A stretch of DNA of 63,522 bases, counting the filler, from Folioceros fuciformis (taxonomy: Eukaryota), in the NCBI GenBank assembly GCA_049999805.1. It is 6 parts of 6 records of this genome, joined end to end, with 100 filler letters (N's around TTAATTAATTAA, not from the genome) between each part and the next. Parts side by side here need not be neighbours in the genome. Positions count along the whole stretch, not along the records: positions 1 to 31,974 come from JBNGIO010005148.1; 5 more parts are not named here. One strand, written 5' to 3'. The notes under the pieces were generated by a model. That model saw only the letters and a program-made list of their open reading frames with translations, did no database searches and was not told the origin of the DNA. Numbering within the stretch: position 1 is the first letter of the stretch; the number at the start of each line of letters is the position of its first letter. The translations under genes were made by a program, and so were the position numbers. Below, in pieces: positions 11,870 to 25,800 of this stretch.

Positions 11870-14280
11870 ATGCAGTAACAATAACAATACAGTAACAATA
11901 CGACAACCTCGGTTATTGGTGTGATATTCTATAAGACGCTAGGCTTGCTTGCCCTTTGTTACAAGCACTAATCAGCCCCCACCCCGTAATCATGACACAT
12001 CATTAGCCAATGCTTTGTTAAGCATAAAGGGTTGTATGGTTTCGCAATGGACACCCACGCGCTGTTTGAATAGGAATACATTTTGTAACTTACATTTTTT
12101 TATTATTCTTGAATATATGGATGAGATGCTTAGACTATAATTTTCATTTGCACCTAGCACACATAGCTCTCCAACTACTTGGAGTTTTACATGGTATCAT
12201 AGTGATGAAAATCACTAGTCACTAAGCAATGTACTACACCTAACAAAACAGAGACTTTTCAGCCCGTCCAACATGTATTCACTCTATACACCTAGCCATG
12301 TTGAAATCCTCGCTTCGCCGCCTCTAGAACATCACTAGCCAGATGTGGGCACCTAAAATGTAGATGCCATCAAGGATGGCTCCTGCATCCTATGCCCAGC
12401 AAGGAATCCTTGCCTACATCCACCCCTTAGATCTAGGTAGCGACATACCAAGGCCTAGACTAGTAACATGGCACATCTACCTACACCCACTTAGGCTAGC
12501 CTGCGACCCCACTTGGTGGCCTAGGATGGAAGTAATCTGTTGACGTTTCCACTTGCACTCTATGATGCCACCACGTGAACAATAGATTAGGAAACACCTT
12601 CGTCACCAAGCTACAGATCAAGCCAAGGATGGCAAGCAACTTAGCTTTCACAGTTCTTGCACCGTCACTTAAGGATGTTACCTCGTTGGGCCTAATTCCA
12701 ATGTTGCAGCCTGATTATTTTGAGCACCACAGTGGCACCAATTCTCTTGGATTCTAGGTCTTGGCCTTCTACCCCCGTGAGGCAGAGCGCTAGGGGCTTC
12801 GCCCTTGAAGTCCTCCGCCTCTTAGCCACTCAACACACGAAGGGTCATGTCGCGCAAACCCCTGCAACTGGGGTTAGTACGCGCAAACCCACACCCAATC
12901 AACCCTTGCAAGTGCCACCAGGACACCCCTCAATGGCCCACGTGGGATATGCCAGACTATGACCACAACTTACATCTCATCTATAGATCACCTAATACAG
13001 CAATTCAACTTGTTGTAAAAAGATCTTATAGTTGTTAAGCATGATTAATGTTGAGATTAATTAGTGCTAATCCAGCTTATTGAGTTTGTACTAATTAGTG
13101 GTAAGAGTGATTAAGGTTATGATTAATATATATATATAGCTTATTAGACTTTGCTATGTTAGGCAAAAAAAAGTATTGTAGGGTTTGGGGGTCATTTATC
13201 CCATATTGGGCACGAAATGAGAGTGCCACCCATAGGTCCATAAAAAAAGGGATGAACCCACTTAGTATTTGTAGTCTAACTCCCTCTTCACTTGTATTGT
13301 GTTGTCTTTGTAATTCCCCTTTTTTATTTGAGTTTAAGAGCCTTGTTATAGTGCTCTTATTTTTGGGATTCTGCATCTTGCTTCAACTAACTTGTTTTAA
13401 CCCCTCCTTTGAGCATGGCGGGGGTGACATCTCAACAATAGTAGCCATGGCCAGTAGTAGCTCTTCATGCTCCACTGGCTCAGCAACTGTGTTCACCAAC
13501 CACATCAAGGAAAAGGATGCTCCACTGGCTCAGCAACTGTGTTCACCGACCACATCAAGGAAAAGGACCAGTTCAATGGCCAACACTACCCGGTTTGGCA
13601 TATTTGAATGAAGTCTGTCTTAATCGGCCAGGGCGTTTGGAAGCTTGTTGATGGCACTCTTCCTAAGAACAACCCTGTAGCCTCTCCACCCCCTCAGCAA
13701 CTGACATTGAAAGATGGGAATACCTGAATGGGATAGTTATAGCTCTCCTTATTGGTGGCCTTGATTCAAGCTTGGTACCGAGTGTTAAGTTTCTCACAGA
13801 GGCACCCTCCATTTGGGATCAGTTGTCAAATACATACAACGTCAACAACGTGTTGACATTGTACAGCACGAGAGTTTTGACATTTGAGAGGACAATTGGC
13901 TTCTCTCGGCTCCACCATGTTTGAGACAGACGCAACTGCTCAGCTCTTGATGAGCCTTCCACCGTCTCCCAATTTATGGAGTCTCCTGGAAGAGCGCACT
14001 GGGCAATGGTGAAAAGGATGATCCGTTACTTCAAGGGAAACCTAACCTATGGGTTAGCATATTGAAGTGGACAAACATGCAATGTGACACTTATCTGGTT
14101 CACAGACGCCGATTGGGCATCTGATCCAGACTCGAGGAAGAGTCTCAGTGCACACTATTTCCTCCTATCTTCAGCTGCTGTGAACTAGAGCTGCAAAAAG
14201 TAGACCTCCATGTGCCTCTATTCCATCGAGGCCAAATATAGGTTGCTAACCGATGCCTCAAAGGAGGTAGAGTGGGAATT
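11870..14280 (+). mobile_element. Copia element J, old and internally deleted (gag joined to RT end/RNase H), interrupted by a solo LTR
   Basis: ...TTACA then PBS-like TGGTATCA at 12192. Gag remnant KDQFNG..YPVW..MKSVL..GVWKLVDG at ~13560. HW..VKR..RY.KG / TDADWASD.DSRKS at 13990-14275. 51-bp tandem duplication at 13467-13568. 5' boundary uncertain. Confidence 0.7.
13033..13437 (+). mobile_element. Solo LTR, family X (405 bp)
   Basis: TGTTAAG...CTCAACA termini; perfect 5-bp TSD ATAGT at 13028-13032 and 13438-13442. Confidence 0.95.
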
Positions 14281-16374
14281 TGGAATTTTGGATTTTGCAA
14301 AATTGTGTGACAGTCCGAAAATAGGGTCAAATCGACGATTTTGTTTCGGACCGGAGTGCTTTTTGGACCAGGTCTGTTGTGACACTGGACCGAGACCATC
14401 TCCAAGAACTCGGAATACAACTTGGATTGGGCTGTGCTTCGACCGGACCCGGAGCTAAGTTGCTCGCCAGAGCAAGCTCCGTACATCACCCTCCAAACTT
14501 CGGTCAGGGAGTGAACACGACGTCTCCAACACACATGATAGATGTCCGAGATTCGTCACGGTTCTCGAGCAAAGAATGAGCTAGGTGAGCTTAGAAGACC
14601 GAGCGGCGGTGGAGTCCGAGGAAGGAATGACACAACGATGGAGCAACGTTGTGGATCATGAGCTTTGAAAAAATCTCTTCTTCATCGCTGCGGAGATGCT
14701 TGCTAGGGGATGCTATGTTGTGCGACGAAAAGCTAAGCTGGGCCAAGAGCTCCAAGCAAGGATAGGCACCTATGACTGTGAGTTGCAGTAGCACTGGCAA
14801 GGGTGGAGATGCAGGAGATCTTGGAGCAGCAGCAGGTGGACGGGGCTGGGCCTATTGCGTCTCTCTCCACTGGCAGAGGGAGCCAAAAGCCGCCGAAAGA
14901 AAGAGCAAGAGAGCAAGAGAGGTCTGCTTCTTGCAGCTCCAGTTAACAGTTCCAGATGCCAACAGAAAACAATAAGCTGAAAGGCTCTTCCTGGTGTCGA
15001 CATCAGATGCCCAATCGGCATCAGCAAGAGAGATAAGTTCAAGTCTATTGCTCCCACTACTTGTGTACTGCAGTCCATAAGATGTTGTGCCCTTCATATA
15101 GCGATAGATCCATTTAACAGCTGCCCAATGTTGCTTGCTAGGTGACTTCAAGAACTTGGACACAATAGACATAGCATAGCTAATATCTGGTCTAGTCCAG
15201 TTCGAAAGGTAGATCAAACAGCCAACTAACTGCCTTTGCATAAGAGATGGCCTGCATGTCTTCTAACTCACGAGCATTATGAGGAAACATATCAGCTGTT
15301 AACCTTTCCCCCACTGCAGAGGGAGTTGCTACAGGTTTAGCACCATCCAGGTGAAAACGCTTGAGAATTTCTTTTAAATATTTCGTCTGATGCAAGACAA
15401 TCTGACCATGCGCCTTGTGTCTCAGGATCTGTATACCCAAGCAAAACTACAGAATACCCTGGTCGGTCATCTCAAATTCTTGGCGTAACATGTCCTTTAC
15501 CTTGTCAAGCTGGCCAATGCTGTTACTCAAAAGCACACAGTCGTCAACATATAAGGCGAGTATAACGAATAGAGAGCCATCAGCCAGGTAAAACACGTTA
15601 ATGTCTGCAGGCGATTGAATGAATCCAAGCTTGCACAAATACTTCATTATTCGTTTGTACCATGCATGTGGAGACTGCTTTAAGAGCATATATCGTCTTT
15701 AATAGCTTACAGACTTTCTTTGATGTTTTGGGACTAATGTATCCTTGTGGCTGTTCCATGTAGAGAGTCTCCTCAAGTTCCCCGTGCAAAAACGCAGTGC
15801 ACACATCCATTTGTTGTACCTCCAAGTCAAACTCAGCTGCCATTGTGAGCAATATGCGGACTGAAGGAGGTTTAACAACTGGTGAAAAAGTATCATAATA
15901 GTCTATGCCGGGAATTTGGTTGAATCCTCTAGCCACCAATCTTGATTTATAGCGGGCAATAGTCCCGTCTGCTTTGCGCTTGGTCTTAAATACCCATTTA
16001 CAGCTAATGGGCTTCCTATCTTCAGGTAAGTCGACCAACTCCAAAGTTTTGCTTTTAATGAGTGAGGCATACTCATCGTCAATGGATTTGCGCCAGTGAG
16101 GGCCATCAGGACCATTAATATCTTCATCATAAGTCTTGGGATCAGGCCGAACCTCAAGTACAGAGAAGTCTGTGACATGTGCTTGTGATCCTCGCCTGAA
16201 GTCTATAGATTGATATGGGGGCTCAGCCTATTGCACACGTGTTCGTCTGTCCCTCGTAGGGTAACGAGATTTGGCAGCAACGTTTGGTTCGGTTGCTCCC
16301 ACTTCTGGGATAGCAGGCAAGTCCTCATCAGTAAAATCATCCTCCAGCAATGAGCCAGTGGAATTAGACTGTGC

Positions 16375-19300
16375 TATAGATCAGGCTAGGATTGAATGCT
16401 TAGAAGAGATTGAACTCAAAGATGATGTTATTGAGCGCACGCTCCTCTTAAAGAAGGAGGTGGCGGTTGGCCGCGTCCCATCGTGGGGACAACAGTTGGT
16501 TTTTAGGGTACGATGTTTAGTCGCGCCCCTTACATTTGGGTCACGTCGTTTTATGTGACGGTTCGTTAATTAAATTTCTTATTGCCTATGTAATGACTAC
16601 TTAAATAGCTCCTATTTTCTATACTCCCACTTAGGCTATGCATAGGTAATGTATTTATGCCCAACCCGACTCGATTACTTGCTGCATTTACTCCTATTTC
16701 CACGAAGTCACCTGCTAGGGTTTAGTCGGCGCTTCCGGTAACCCTCAAGAAGGACGGGTACTTGGCATCGGCGGCACTGCTCCAGTTGGTGCTGCTGGTA
16801 GTGTTTGCGCTCCAGGAAACAGCGCTCGATGTGTGTCGGATCTGCCAAGTTGTGCTCCCTGGAAGCTAAGCTTGAGGCGGCGTATTCCCGGTGGCGGCAT
16901 GCACATGGCTACCCACAGCTGGTTGAGGACGCTCCCTTCTGATACTTGCCGAATTGCTTTGACAGGATTATGTATGCTGGAAACGATTTCTCGGAGGAAG
17001 GCCGGTTGATCTTGCGCTATGGTGAGTATGCTACGCCTTGAGCTCCCATTGATTCCAGAGTACTTGTTGTCTTGATCTACACTGTGTAATCGTCTGTATG
17101 CAGAGCCTTGGTACAAATGTTCTACAGTGATGCCTTAGCATCGGTTTCAAGGATGGAAGCATGCAGGTTTAGGTTGTATGGTTGACACTGCCTAGTGGGT
17201 TACAAGAATTTCTATGTGTCAGGCATTTCTATAAGGCCCATGGCCTTGCAAAACTTGTCATGCTTATCCTTAGGGAGAGCTTTTGTCAGGATATCTGCTA
17301 CATTCTCCCTTGTAGGACAATACTGCAAGATTGCGTTTCCATCACTAATCACCTGCCTGATAAAGTGATGCTTTATGTCAATGTGTTTATTGCAGGAGTG
17401 CATGACAGGGTTGTGAGCTAACGCGATTGCCGATTGGTTGTCACACAGTTGAAGTCTTGGCACAGTTTGGTCTTCTCCCAATGAGGACAAGAGTGATCTT
17501 GTGTACACCACGTCCTGTGTTGCTGTAGCCGTTGCAGCATACTCTGCCTCTGTAGAGGAGAGGGCAACAATATGTTGCTTTTTGCTGTATTTGGATATGA
17601 TAGTTGAGTTGTACTCATCCTTTCCCAGAAGTAGGCAGTTGGCGGATATCGACTTCCTGGTGTCACTATCTGCAGCCCAATCGGCGTCCAAGAAACATGT
17701 AAGTAGCAGCCTCTCTGGCCGCTTCCTGTATAGGAGACCAAGTGTTGGTGTTCCTTTTAAATACCGCATTATTCTTTGGACGGCTGCCCAGTGGGGGCTT
17801 CCATAATTTGTAAGGAATTGGGTAGTGGCTCCCACTGCATGGGACAACTCTGGCCTAGTCCAGTTTCTGCAGTAGATGAGTGTGCAGACTGCAGATTTGT
17901 ATGGAACTAACTCCATCTTTTGCCTCTCTTCTTCTGACTTAGGACATTGGTCCAGTGTTAGTTTAGCACCTACAGCTAGAGGGGTTGCTACAGGCTTACA
18001 GTATTGCATCCTGAACTTACTTAGGACTCGCTTAATAAATTATGTTTGATGGATAAAGATTGTATGTTGTGCTAGGTTCTGGACGATTTGTACACCTAGG
18101 AAATATGTTAGTTGACCTATGTCAGTCATACTAAACTCAAATGTCAAGATATTTTTGACCTTTTCCATGAGTGCAGAGTTACTGGCGATGATGACTGCAT
18201 CATCAACATATAGAGCCAGGTATACAACCCCGTTTAAGTCGTACAGTTTATAGACATTGTTGTCAGAGTCACTCTGTAGGAATCCAAAGTCCTTGAGGTA
18301 TTGGTCAATACGATTGTACCAGGCCCTTGGTGACTGCTTCAAGCCATATATAATCTTTATGAGTCTGCACACCTTGTTCGGATATTTTGTACCTTCGAAC
18401 CCCTTGGGCTGCCGCATGAAGATGGTTTCTTGTAAGGTACCATTTAAAAATGTTGTCTTCACGTCCATGTGATGCATTTTATAGTCATGTTGTGCAGCTA
18501 TGGCCAGCAAGGTTCCAACAGAAGTGGCTCTGACTACAGGAGAGAAGGTCTCGTTGTAGTCCAGGCCTTCTACCTGACTATATCCCCGAGCAACAAGGCG
18601 TGCCTTGTACCTAGCAATTGAGCCATCTTGGGCTAACTTTTTTTAAACAGCCATTTGCATGTTACAACCTTGCGGCCCACAGGTAAGTCTACTAGTTCCC
18701 AAGTTTTGTTGTCTATTAAGGACTGATATTCCGAATGAATGGCTGTTTTCCATTTTTCAGCTTCATGTGAGTTAACTGCCTCCTTGTAAGACTGTGGTTC
18801 TCCTAAGTCCAGTGCTTCTCCTTGGTCCTCTACCAAAAATGAACTATATGTTAAGGGAGGTGTATGCCGCTCATCAGGTGACGCTGTATGCCTCCTTGCA
18901 CTTCTTCTTACAGGTTCTTCAGGTACATGTACCTCTATATAGGGCATCGTACTGTCTTCCACTTGTGCTAAACCACTGTCGCTACTTGTGTGTTCAGGGT
19001 CACCAACATCATTGTTTTCCATATTTTGGACATTAAGAACTCGACTTGGCACATCATCATCAGGGAAGTAGCTAAGTTCCTCAACATGTGTGTCTTGTAA
19101 GCCCGGCTAACCTATGGCTGGACTAGAGGCTACAACATGTGGACTGGATGACTGTCCAGCTATCTGAGGAGTTGCTTCTTGTTCAGGTGATTGTTCATAT
19201 GTATCTGTGTCATCTGAATGACTACTAGACGCTTGTGTGCTCAGTGGGGCCAGCTGTGGTGGTTCAAGCAATGCAAGTTCATTAAAGAGCACACTTCAAG

Positions 19301-22300
19301 CATGCGTAGTGGTGCGAGTATCAAGATCATAGATTTTGTACCCCTTGATACCTTCAGTATAGCCAACGAACACATATTTTTGAGCTTTATAATCCAGCTT
19401 GACTCGTTGGTCCTCTACCGAGTGAGCATAGGCTAGAGCGCCAAAGACTCTGAGATGATTAATACGGGGCTTATGTGATGTCCACCTTTCATATGGAGTA
19501 GCACCACTGAAGGCCTTTGTTGGAAGGCGCATTTTTATATAATTTGCAATTGCAACAGCTTCTGCCCAATATCCCCTGGACAAGCCGGATACCTTGAGCA
19601 AGGATTTTGCAGCTTGTTGCAGATGCTTGTTGTTAACTTCCGCCAGCGGGTTTTGTGCTGAGGTATAAGGGATAGTTATTTGGCGAGCAATGCCAAGTGA
19701 ACGACAATAGCTGTCGAACTCTTCTGAGCAATACTCGCCTCCACCATCACTCCGTAAGGTTTTCACCAATTTTCCTGTCTACCTTTGTCCAAAAGTCACG
19801 TACTCCTGGAAGAAGCCTAGTGTTTGACTCTTGTTTTTGATGAAGTAGGTGATGGTGTACCGACTCCAATCGTCCACGAAGGATAATATATATTTGGCTC
19901 CTCCAAGAGATGTAGTGGACATGGGGCCACATAAATCAGAGTGCACCACCTCGAGCAGCTTGGTAGCCCTGGTTGGGTTAGAGTCGTAGAATGGTAGCTG
20001 CTGATGTTTTCCAAAACCACATGCCTCACAGAACTGTTTTTTCAATAGACTTGAGCAAGAATTTTTCACGATAAAGTGTGTTATTTGCCACCATAGCTTT
20101 GATCTTGTCAAAGTTAGCATGCCCTAGTCTATAGTGCCATAGCATCGACTACTGATCCCTCAAGGCTGCTTGACTTACTTGTACAGTTGGTGGTGGCAGC
20201 CCAAACTTGGAGGTAAAATCTAAAGCATACAAGTCATTTATGGGCTTACCTATAGCTAGTGTCTTAGACTTATATTGAGGGTCAGTGATGAGACTGTCAA
20301 GGTCTATGAATGTTATGGCTAGGCCATGCTGTTTCTGGAATTTACTAACTGACACTAAATTTTTGACCATTACAGGTACGTGAAAGACATCCATCAGGTT
20401 GATGGTGCTCCTGCTTATTAGTAACACGAGCACTGTGCCCACTCCAGCTATAGTAAGGCCTCTATCATCCCCTAAGAGAACCTCCTACCCATGTGGCATT
20501 TTTGTATAGTGCAGAAAAGATTGCTGATTGCGGCAAATATGTGTTGACGCACATGAATCCAGGTACCACACATCATTGACTTGTGCTGTAGCAACCATAA
20601 ATACTGCAAGTATGGTGTTCTTTCTCTGCATCAGGTTGCTTTCTACTGCAGGTGCAACCCGACGAGGCTCATTTGCCTTCTTTTTCCGACATTCGGATTC
20701 AAAATGACCTGGTATTAAACACCAGTTGCAAGGGCCCTTCTTTTTAGAAGGAGCAGCCCCTAGACACTTCTTAGTTATAGAACTTTTGGTGTTAGTCCAA
20801 GGTTGCCGAGGTGGTGGCCTTCTAGGGCCTCTCTACGTGTAGAGAACCATGTTTGAGGCCTCTCCTTTGTGGGAGGTGCCACCTCGAATTGCATTCCTTG
20901 TTGCCTCTTCCTCGAGAAGGGCACCAACCAGGACAGATAGCATCACAGCTGGGGTCTGGCTTGCAGGAGTTGAATTTTGTACTATTTGAAGCGTTGAACT
21001 GTAGCTGCTCACAAAAGTCCTGTAACTTTCAGGCAGGGAAAGAAGTAAGGCGATTGCAGCTTGCATTTCTGATGTTGTTGTTCCGCTGGATGTCAATTTG
21101 GATCAAAGTGTCCTGAATTTGGTGACATGAGCCTCAATGGTGTCTGATTCCTTCATTTTGCAGGTGTAGAAGGATCAAGTAGCAGTCACCATTGAAGTAC
21201 CATTTACTACCTGGTAAGCTTGGGTTAATGCATCCCAGACGTCCTTGGTTGTAGCTGCATCTCGGGTGTAATCCATCATCGATCCATCTAGTGCAGCTTG
21301 GATCACACCAAGGGCTTGCAAATCCTTTTTGTTCCAACCGTCTTTTTCTGCTTGAGTTGCAGCAATTGCAGGTTTTGGCTGTGCACTAGTTACAACCTCC
21401 CACAGGTCATGCTCTCTAAGGATGGTTTTGACTCGGAGAGCCTAGATGTCGAACTAGGTACCTGAGAACCTATCGTTTTCCTTAAACTCAATTTTTAGAT
21501 TGTGTACTGTGGTATTGTGATTTATTGTACCAGCTGCTTGGCCTTGTGCCATGTTGTGCACAACTTGTGCCACTAACGCAGCTCGGGTAGCTTGGGCAAG
21601 TTGTGGAGCCCTAGTGGCTGCTTGCTGATGTTTGGCGGCTTGATGTAGTTGTGCTAGGTGTAGGTGGGCATCTATCAAGGCTTGGGGAATACCAGGTCCA
21701 CTTGTCTGACCTGTTTCCTCAATAACAGGTTCCTAAAACAGGAAGAGAGGGTCAACATGTATAGGTACATCAGGGTTTGGTCCCTCCTCTGGAGAGCCTC
21801 TCCCTCGCCTAGTGCCTCCTGCTCGACCACTTCCTCTGCCACGGCCTGGTTGGTTATGAGACCCACGACCTCTGCCGAACATCAGTACACCCTCGTGTGG
21901 TCACCTTGCAGCCATCACTTCTGCCCTTGGCTAGAGGTACATTCAAGAAAAGACTCCAGCTTCTAGACAAGTAAATCTAATTTGATGTCTAAGGCTATGA
22001 CTTTGTTAGAAAGGTCTGTAATTTTTATTTGTGTTTGACAGCCTACTGTTTTTATGAGGCCGAAGGTTTCTACAAGCAGCTGACTAGTGGGAGAGGGAAA
22101 AGAAGTAAGATGGTCAGTACATTCACTGCAAAGAATCGATTTATTCTTGGTCAAGACCTGTGATCTAAGGACAAAAATTTGTTGTGCCTTATTTACCTCT
22201 TCTCTAACTTGCCTTCTTCGACGCGCTAGGAGATCTGGCTTGGGCTGTTGTACCTGACTATGCCCAGTGTTGTGCTGATTTGTGAAGATAGGTTTTACAG

Positions 22301-22859
22301 TGTGCGAGAAGATATGATTGAGATTCTTGTGCTGTTTTTGGATTGAATGACCTAGATAACTAGCGAATGGATCAGCAGACAAATTTGGCCTCCTACCTCT
22401 ACCTCTCAGCATGGCGTCTATCAAGAATAGTAATGAAAAACAGCCTCTGCCAGGAAGGTGTCTGCCATTCCCCAAAAACTGATTAGTTCCTTTCTCAAGG
22501 AGTTTATGAGAATGCGAAAATGCTCATGCGGCAGCAATTGAATACAATTCTTGTTGTCACAGACTAGGCAGTGATTGGAGGACATAGCAGGGTCCATGAC
22601 TCTGATACCATATAGATCAGGCTAGGATCGAATGCTTAGAAGAGATTGAACGCAAAGATGATGTTATTGAGCGCACGCTCCTCTTAAAGAAGGAGGTGGC
22701 GGTTGGCCGCGTCCCGTCGTGGGGATGACGATTGGTTTTTAGGGTAAGACGTTTAGTTGCGCCCCTTACATTTGGGACACATCGTTTTATGTGACGGTTC
22801 GTTAATTAAATTTCTTATTGCCTATGTAATGACTACTTAAATAGCTCCTATTTTCCATA
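16375..22859 (-). mobile_element. Copia element B, full length with both 249-bp LTRs (16375-16623, 22611-22859), TA..TA termini
   Basis: LTRs differ at about 13/249 positions by eye. TSD TGTGC/CGTGC. PBS at 22599-22610; PPT at ~16624-16630. Gag, PR (WYLDS), INT, RT (YVDD) and RNase H (KHIDIKHHFIR) all present with stops/frameshifts. Confidence 0.95.
21915..22412 (-). pseudogene. Accessory ORF upstream of gag in element B (~165 aa; one internal TAG)
   Basis: ATG at 22412 (MLRGRGRR), CSEC motif, heptad-like C-terminus; in-frame TGA overlaps the gag ATG as TGATG (21917-21913). Confidence 0.55.
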
Positions 22860-25800
22860 CGTGCCTCCTGACCATCCAGGAAATCAACATGTGGGTCTGC
22901 AGCATTCTCATCACCAGCAACATCATTGTCCAGGCCTTGTAACAGATCTTCTCCATCAGAGTCTGGATAATCAGCTGGTTGTTGAATAATATGTTGTGGT
23001 GGAATTGCTGCAGGCACAGCATGTTCTACAGCTTCAGCAAAGAGATCTAGGCCTGAGCTATCATCCTTATCACACACTTGTGGATCAAAATCATTCATGA
23101 CAGGTATGGTAATTCCAAAATAAGTCTTCAAGCCCTTTTGAGGTGACAAAAGCTCGTCAAAGGTAACACTACGGGCTAACACCACTTTCCTGGTTGCTAG
23201 TTCATATAACTTATATGCCTTAGACATCTCAGAGTAACCAAGAAACAATAAGGGCCTAGCCCTATCATCCAACTTACGTTGTTTATGTTTAGGTAGATAC
23301 GCATAAGCTGTGAAACCAAATACTCGCAGGTGCAAAAGACTTGGTTTCTTCTTCCAAAAGGCCTCGTAAGGAGTTTTACAAGGTACATTGGTTGTCAACA
23401 CTTTGTTCAGGATATAAGTAGTTGTTGTAAGGGCCTCTGCCCAATAGTGTTTAGGCAGTCCTGCCCATCCTAGCATGCTTCTTGTCATGCTCATTAATGT
23501 CTGGTTCTTACGCTCAGCTACCCCGTTCTGCTGTTGTGTATATGGAATCGAGAGCTGTCTTATGATCCCATGGGCTTCAAACAGCGCATCATACTGGTGT
23601 CCAACGAACTCACCTCCGTTGTCAGTGCGAAAGCACTTCACCAGATTTCCAGTCTATCTTTGTATCATAGCAATCCAGTTCTCAACAGACTCAAAAGCAT
23701 CACTCTTGAGGCAAAGTGTGTACACCCAAGTGTAACGTGAATAATCATCTGTTAGTGTCAGGTAATACTCCGCCCCTCCTAGTGACTTAACTTGTAGTTT
23801 GCCTGCAATATCAGCATGGACAAGTTCTAACACTGCATTTGCCCTCTGTGCCTGTTTATTTTTGAAGGGAAGTTCCTTCTGCTTCGAAATAACACAGGAC
23901 TAACAAACCGGGAGGTGCTTAAAGCAAGGGGGAAGTTTTTCCCTAAAGCAATCTAAAGAAGCTATCAGGTTCAACTTCTCTCTGTTAACATGTCCAAGCC
24001 TTGCATGCCACAAGTTTGCTTCAGATATAGTGGAGGTAACATATGCTTCTGGTTCAGCAGAATTATGTAGCTGGTACAATTCATTAACTAGTTTTCCTCT
24101 AGCTATGCACCTACCAGGTCTAGAGAGATCATAAAGACAACAATGACCTTACACATATGAGATGTGGCCCCTGAGTCTATGAACCAAGAAGGCCGAATCA
24201 GCAGAAGAAGACAGACGAACTGATGTTACAGTTAAAACTGTCGAATTGCTCTTGTGTGGAGTAGGCCCCTTGTCCTTTGCAGCAACATGTGCCTCCAGGC
24301 GAGGGTCCTTCTTAGGTTCGCCAGCCTTCTTCTTGCAACAGTCCCGCTCCCAATGGCCGGGTATTTGACACCAATTGCAATTGCCTTGTCGTTTGATGGA
24401 GGGAGTTGAGGAAGTCAAGCCACCAAAGGTATGTCCTGTTTGGTGAGATTTCTTATCCTTCCCCTTCCCGTTTGCAAACGACTTGCCTTTTGCTGCAAAC
24501 AGGACTTTTTCGCTTTTAGAACGAGCTCCTTCACCTGGTCTGTGTCTACTAGCCTCCTCTTGCAGGAGAGCTCCGACCACAGTATTCAAGTTGAGAGAGT
24601 AGGCCTGATTAGCAGCGGCAGCAGCATATGCTACAGTGAGTGCCGAATTTTGTCCAGAAATGAAGGTCTGGTAAGATGAGGGAAGCACAGTATACAGTTG
24701 GGCAACCATCTCGACCTCGCTAATCTTGACCCCTAGCGAAGCAAGTTGTGCTCGCAGTAGTCTCCGCTTGGTGATGCCAGGGCCAACAGGTTCCCCTTCT
24801 CGCATCCTGAATGATTGAAAGTCACTCATAACATGCATAAGGGTGCAAACATTCTGCACCTGATAAGTATCCTTGAGTTGAGTCCAGATTTGAGCTGCTG
24901 TTTCGAGGAACTCAGTAACTGTTGTCGCATTCAATCCTAAAAACAATATTGCAAATGCCACCTTATTTCCTTTGTCCCACTTGAGAATCTCATCTGTTGT
25001 GGGTTGGATTGCTGTTGTGGTAAGTATCTTGTGAGGATACTCACAAGATGTGTGGTTAATCCTCACATACTCCCACACATCTCTAGCATTCATGTTTGCC
25101 TTCATTTGTGCCCTCCAACTTTCATAATTTACAGGCTTGCCATCAAATCGGTCTTTTTCCTTGAACTCACAAGAGTATGACACCGTGCTAGTGGTGACTG
25201 TAGATGCAGCCATATTAAACACAGAGACAACTCCTGAAGTAACAAGATATGATGGAAGGATGAAGGCAAGGAACTGTGCCTGCAGGGATTGTAGAAAAGA
25301 GAACTTTGTGGCTAAGTCCTCGTCGATGTCACTCTATCTGAATCTTCAAACAGCCAGTTTAAGCCAAAAGACATGGACTTAAAGTGAAACGACATTTATG
25401 AAAGGTATGTCCCGTTTCTAAGTTAGCTGTTTTAGGTTTAGATATGAAAAGTCATAAAATAACGTGAAACGATGCAGGTGAACATGAGCACACGACAGGT
25501 GGCAGGACTCCTCAACCGTCGACCTGAGCAAAAGTGCTGGTTGAGATATGGCTGAACACCGTTGGCACTGCGCCTGCTACACCCACCCTGGCGATCCCCC
25601 TCCCAAGCTGAAGATGGGATCCTGAGTCAAGGCACACGGCGCCCCTATAGATCTGATCGCCCACACGGTGACGCCATTGCAGGCTCTTCTCGTGTAGGCA
25701 CCAAGCTTGGCAGGTAGGTTGCAACCCGGGGAGATCTTGCAGAAACAGATCCAACTTCAGCACGCTCCAACCTCAAGGTGAGGGCTGAGAGGGAATTTTA

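Noticed and set aside
13095-13611. ORFs 13095-13376 and 13156-13611
   Set aside because: Chance frames across the non-coding solo LTR X.
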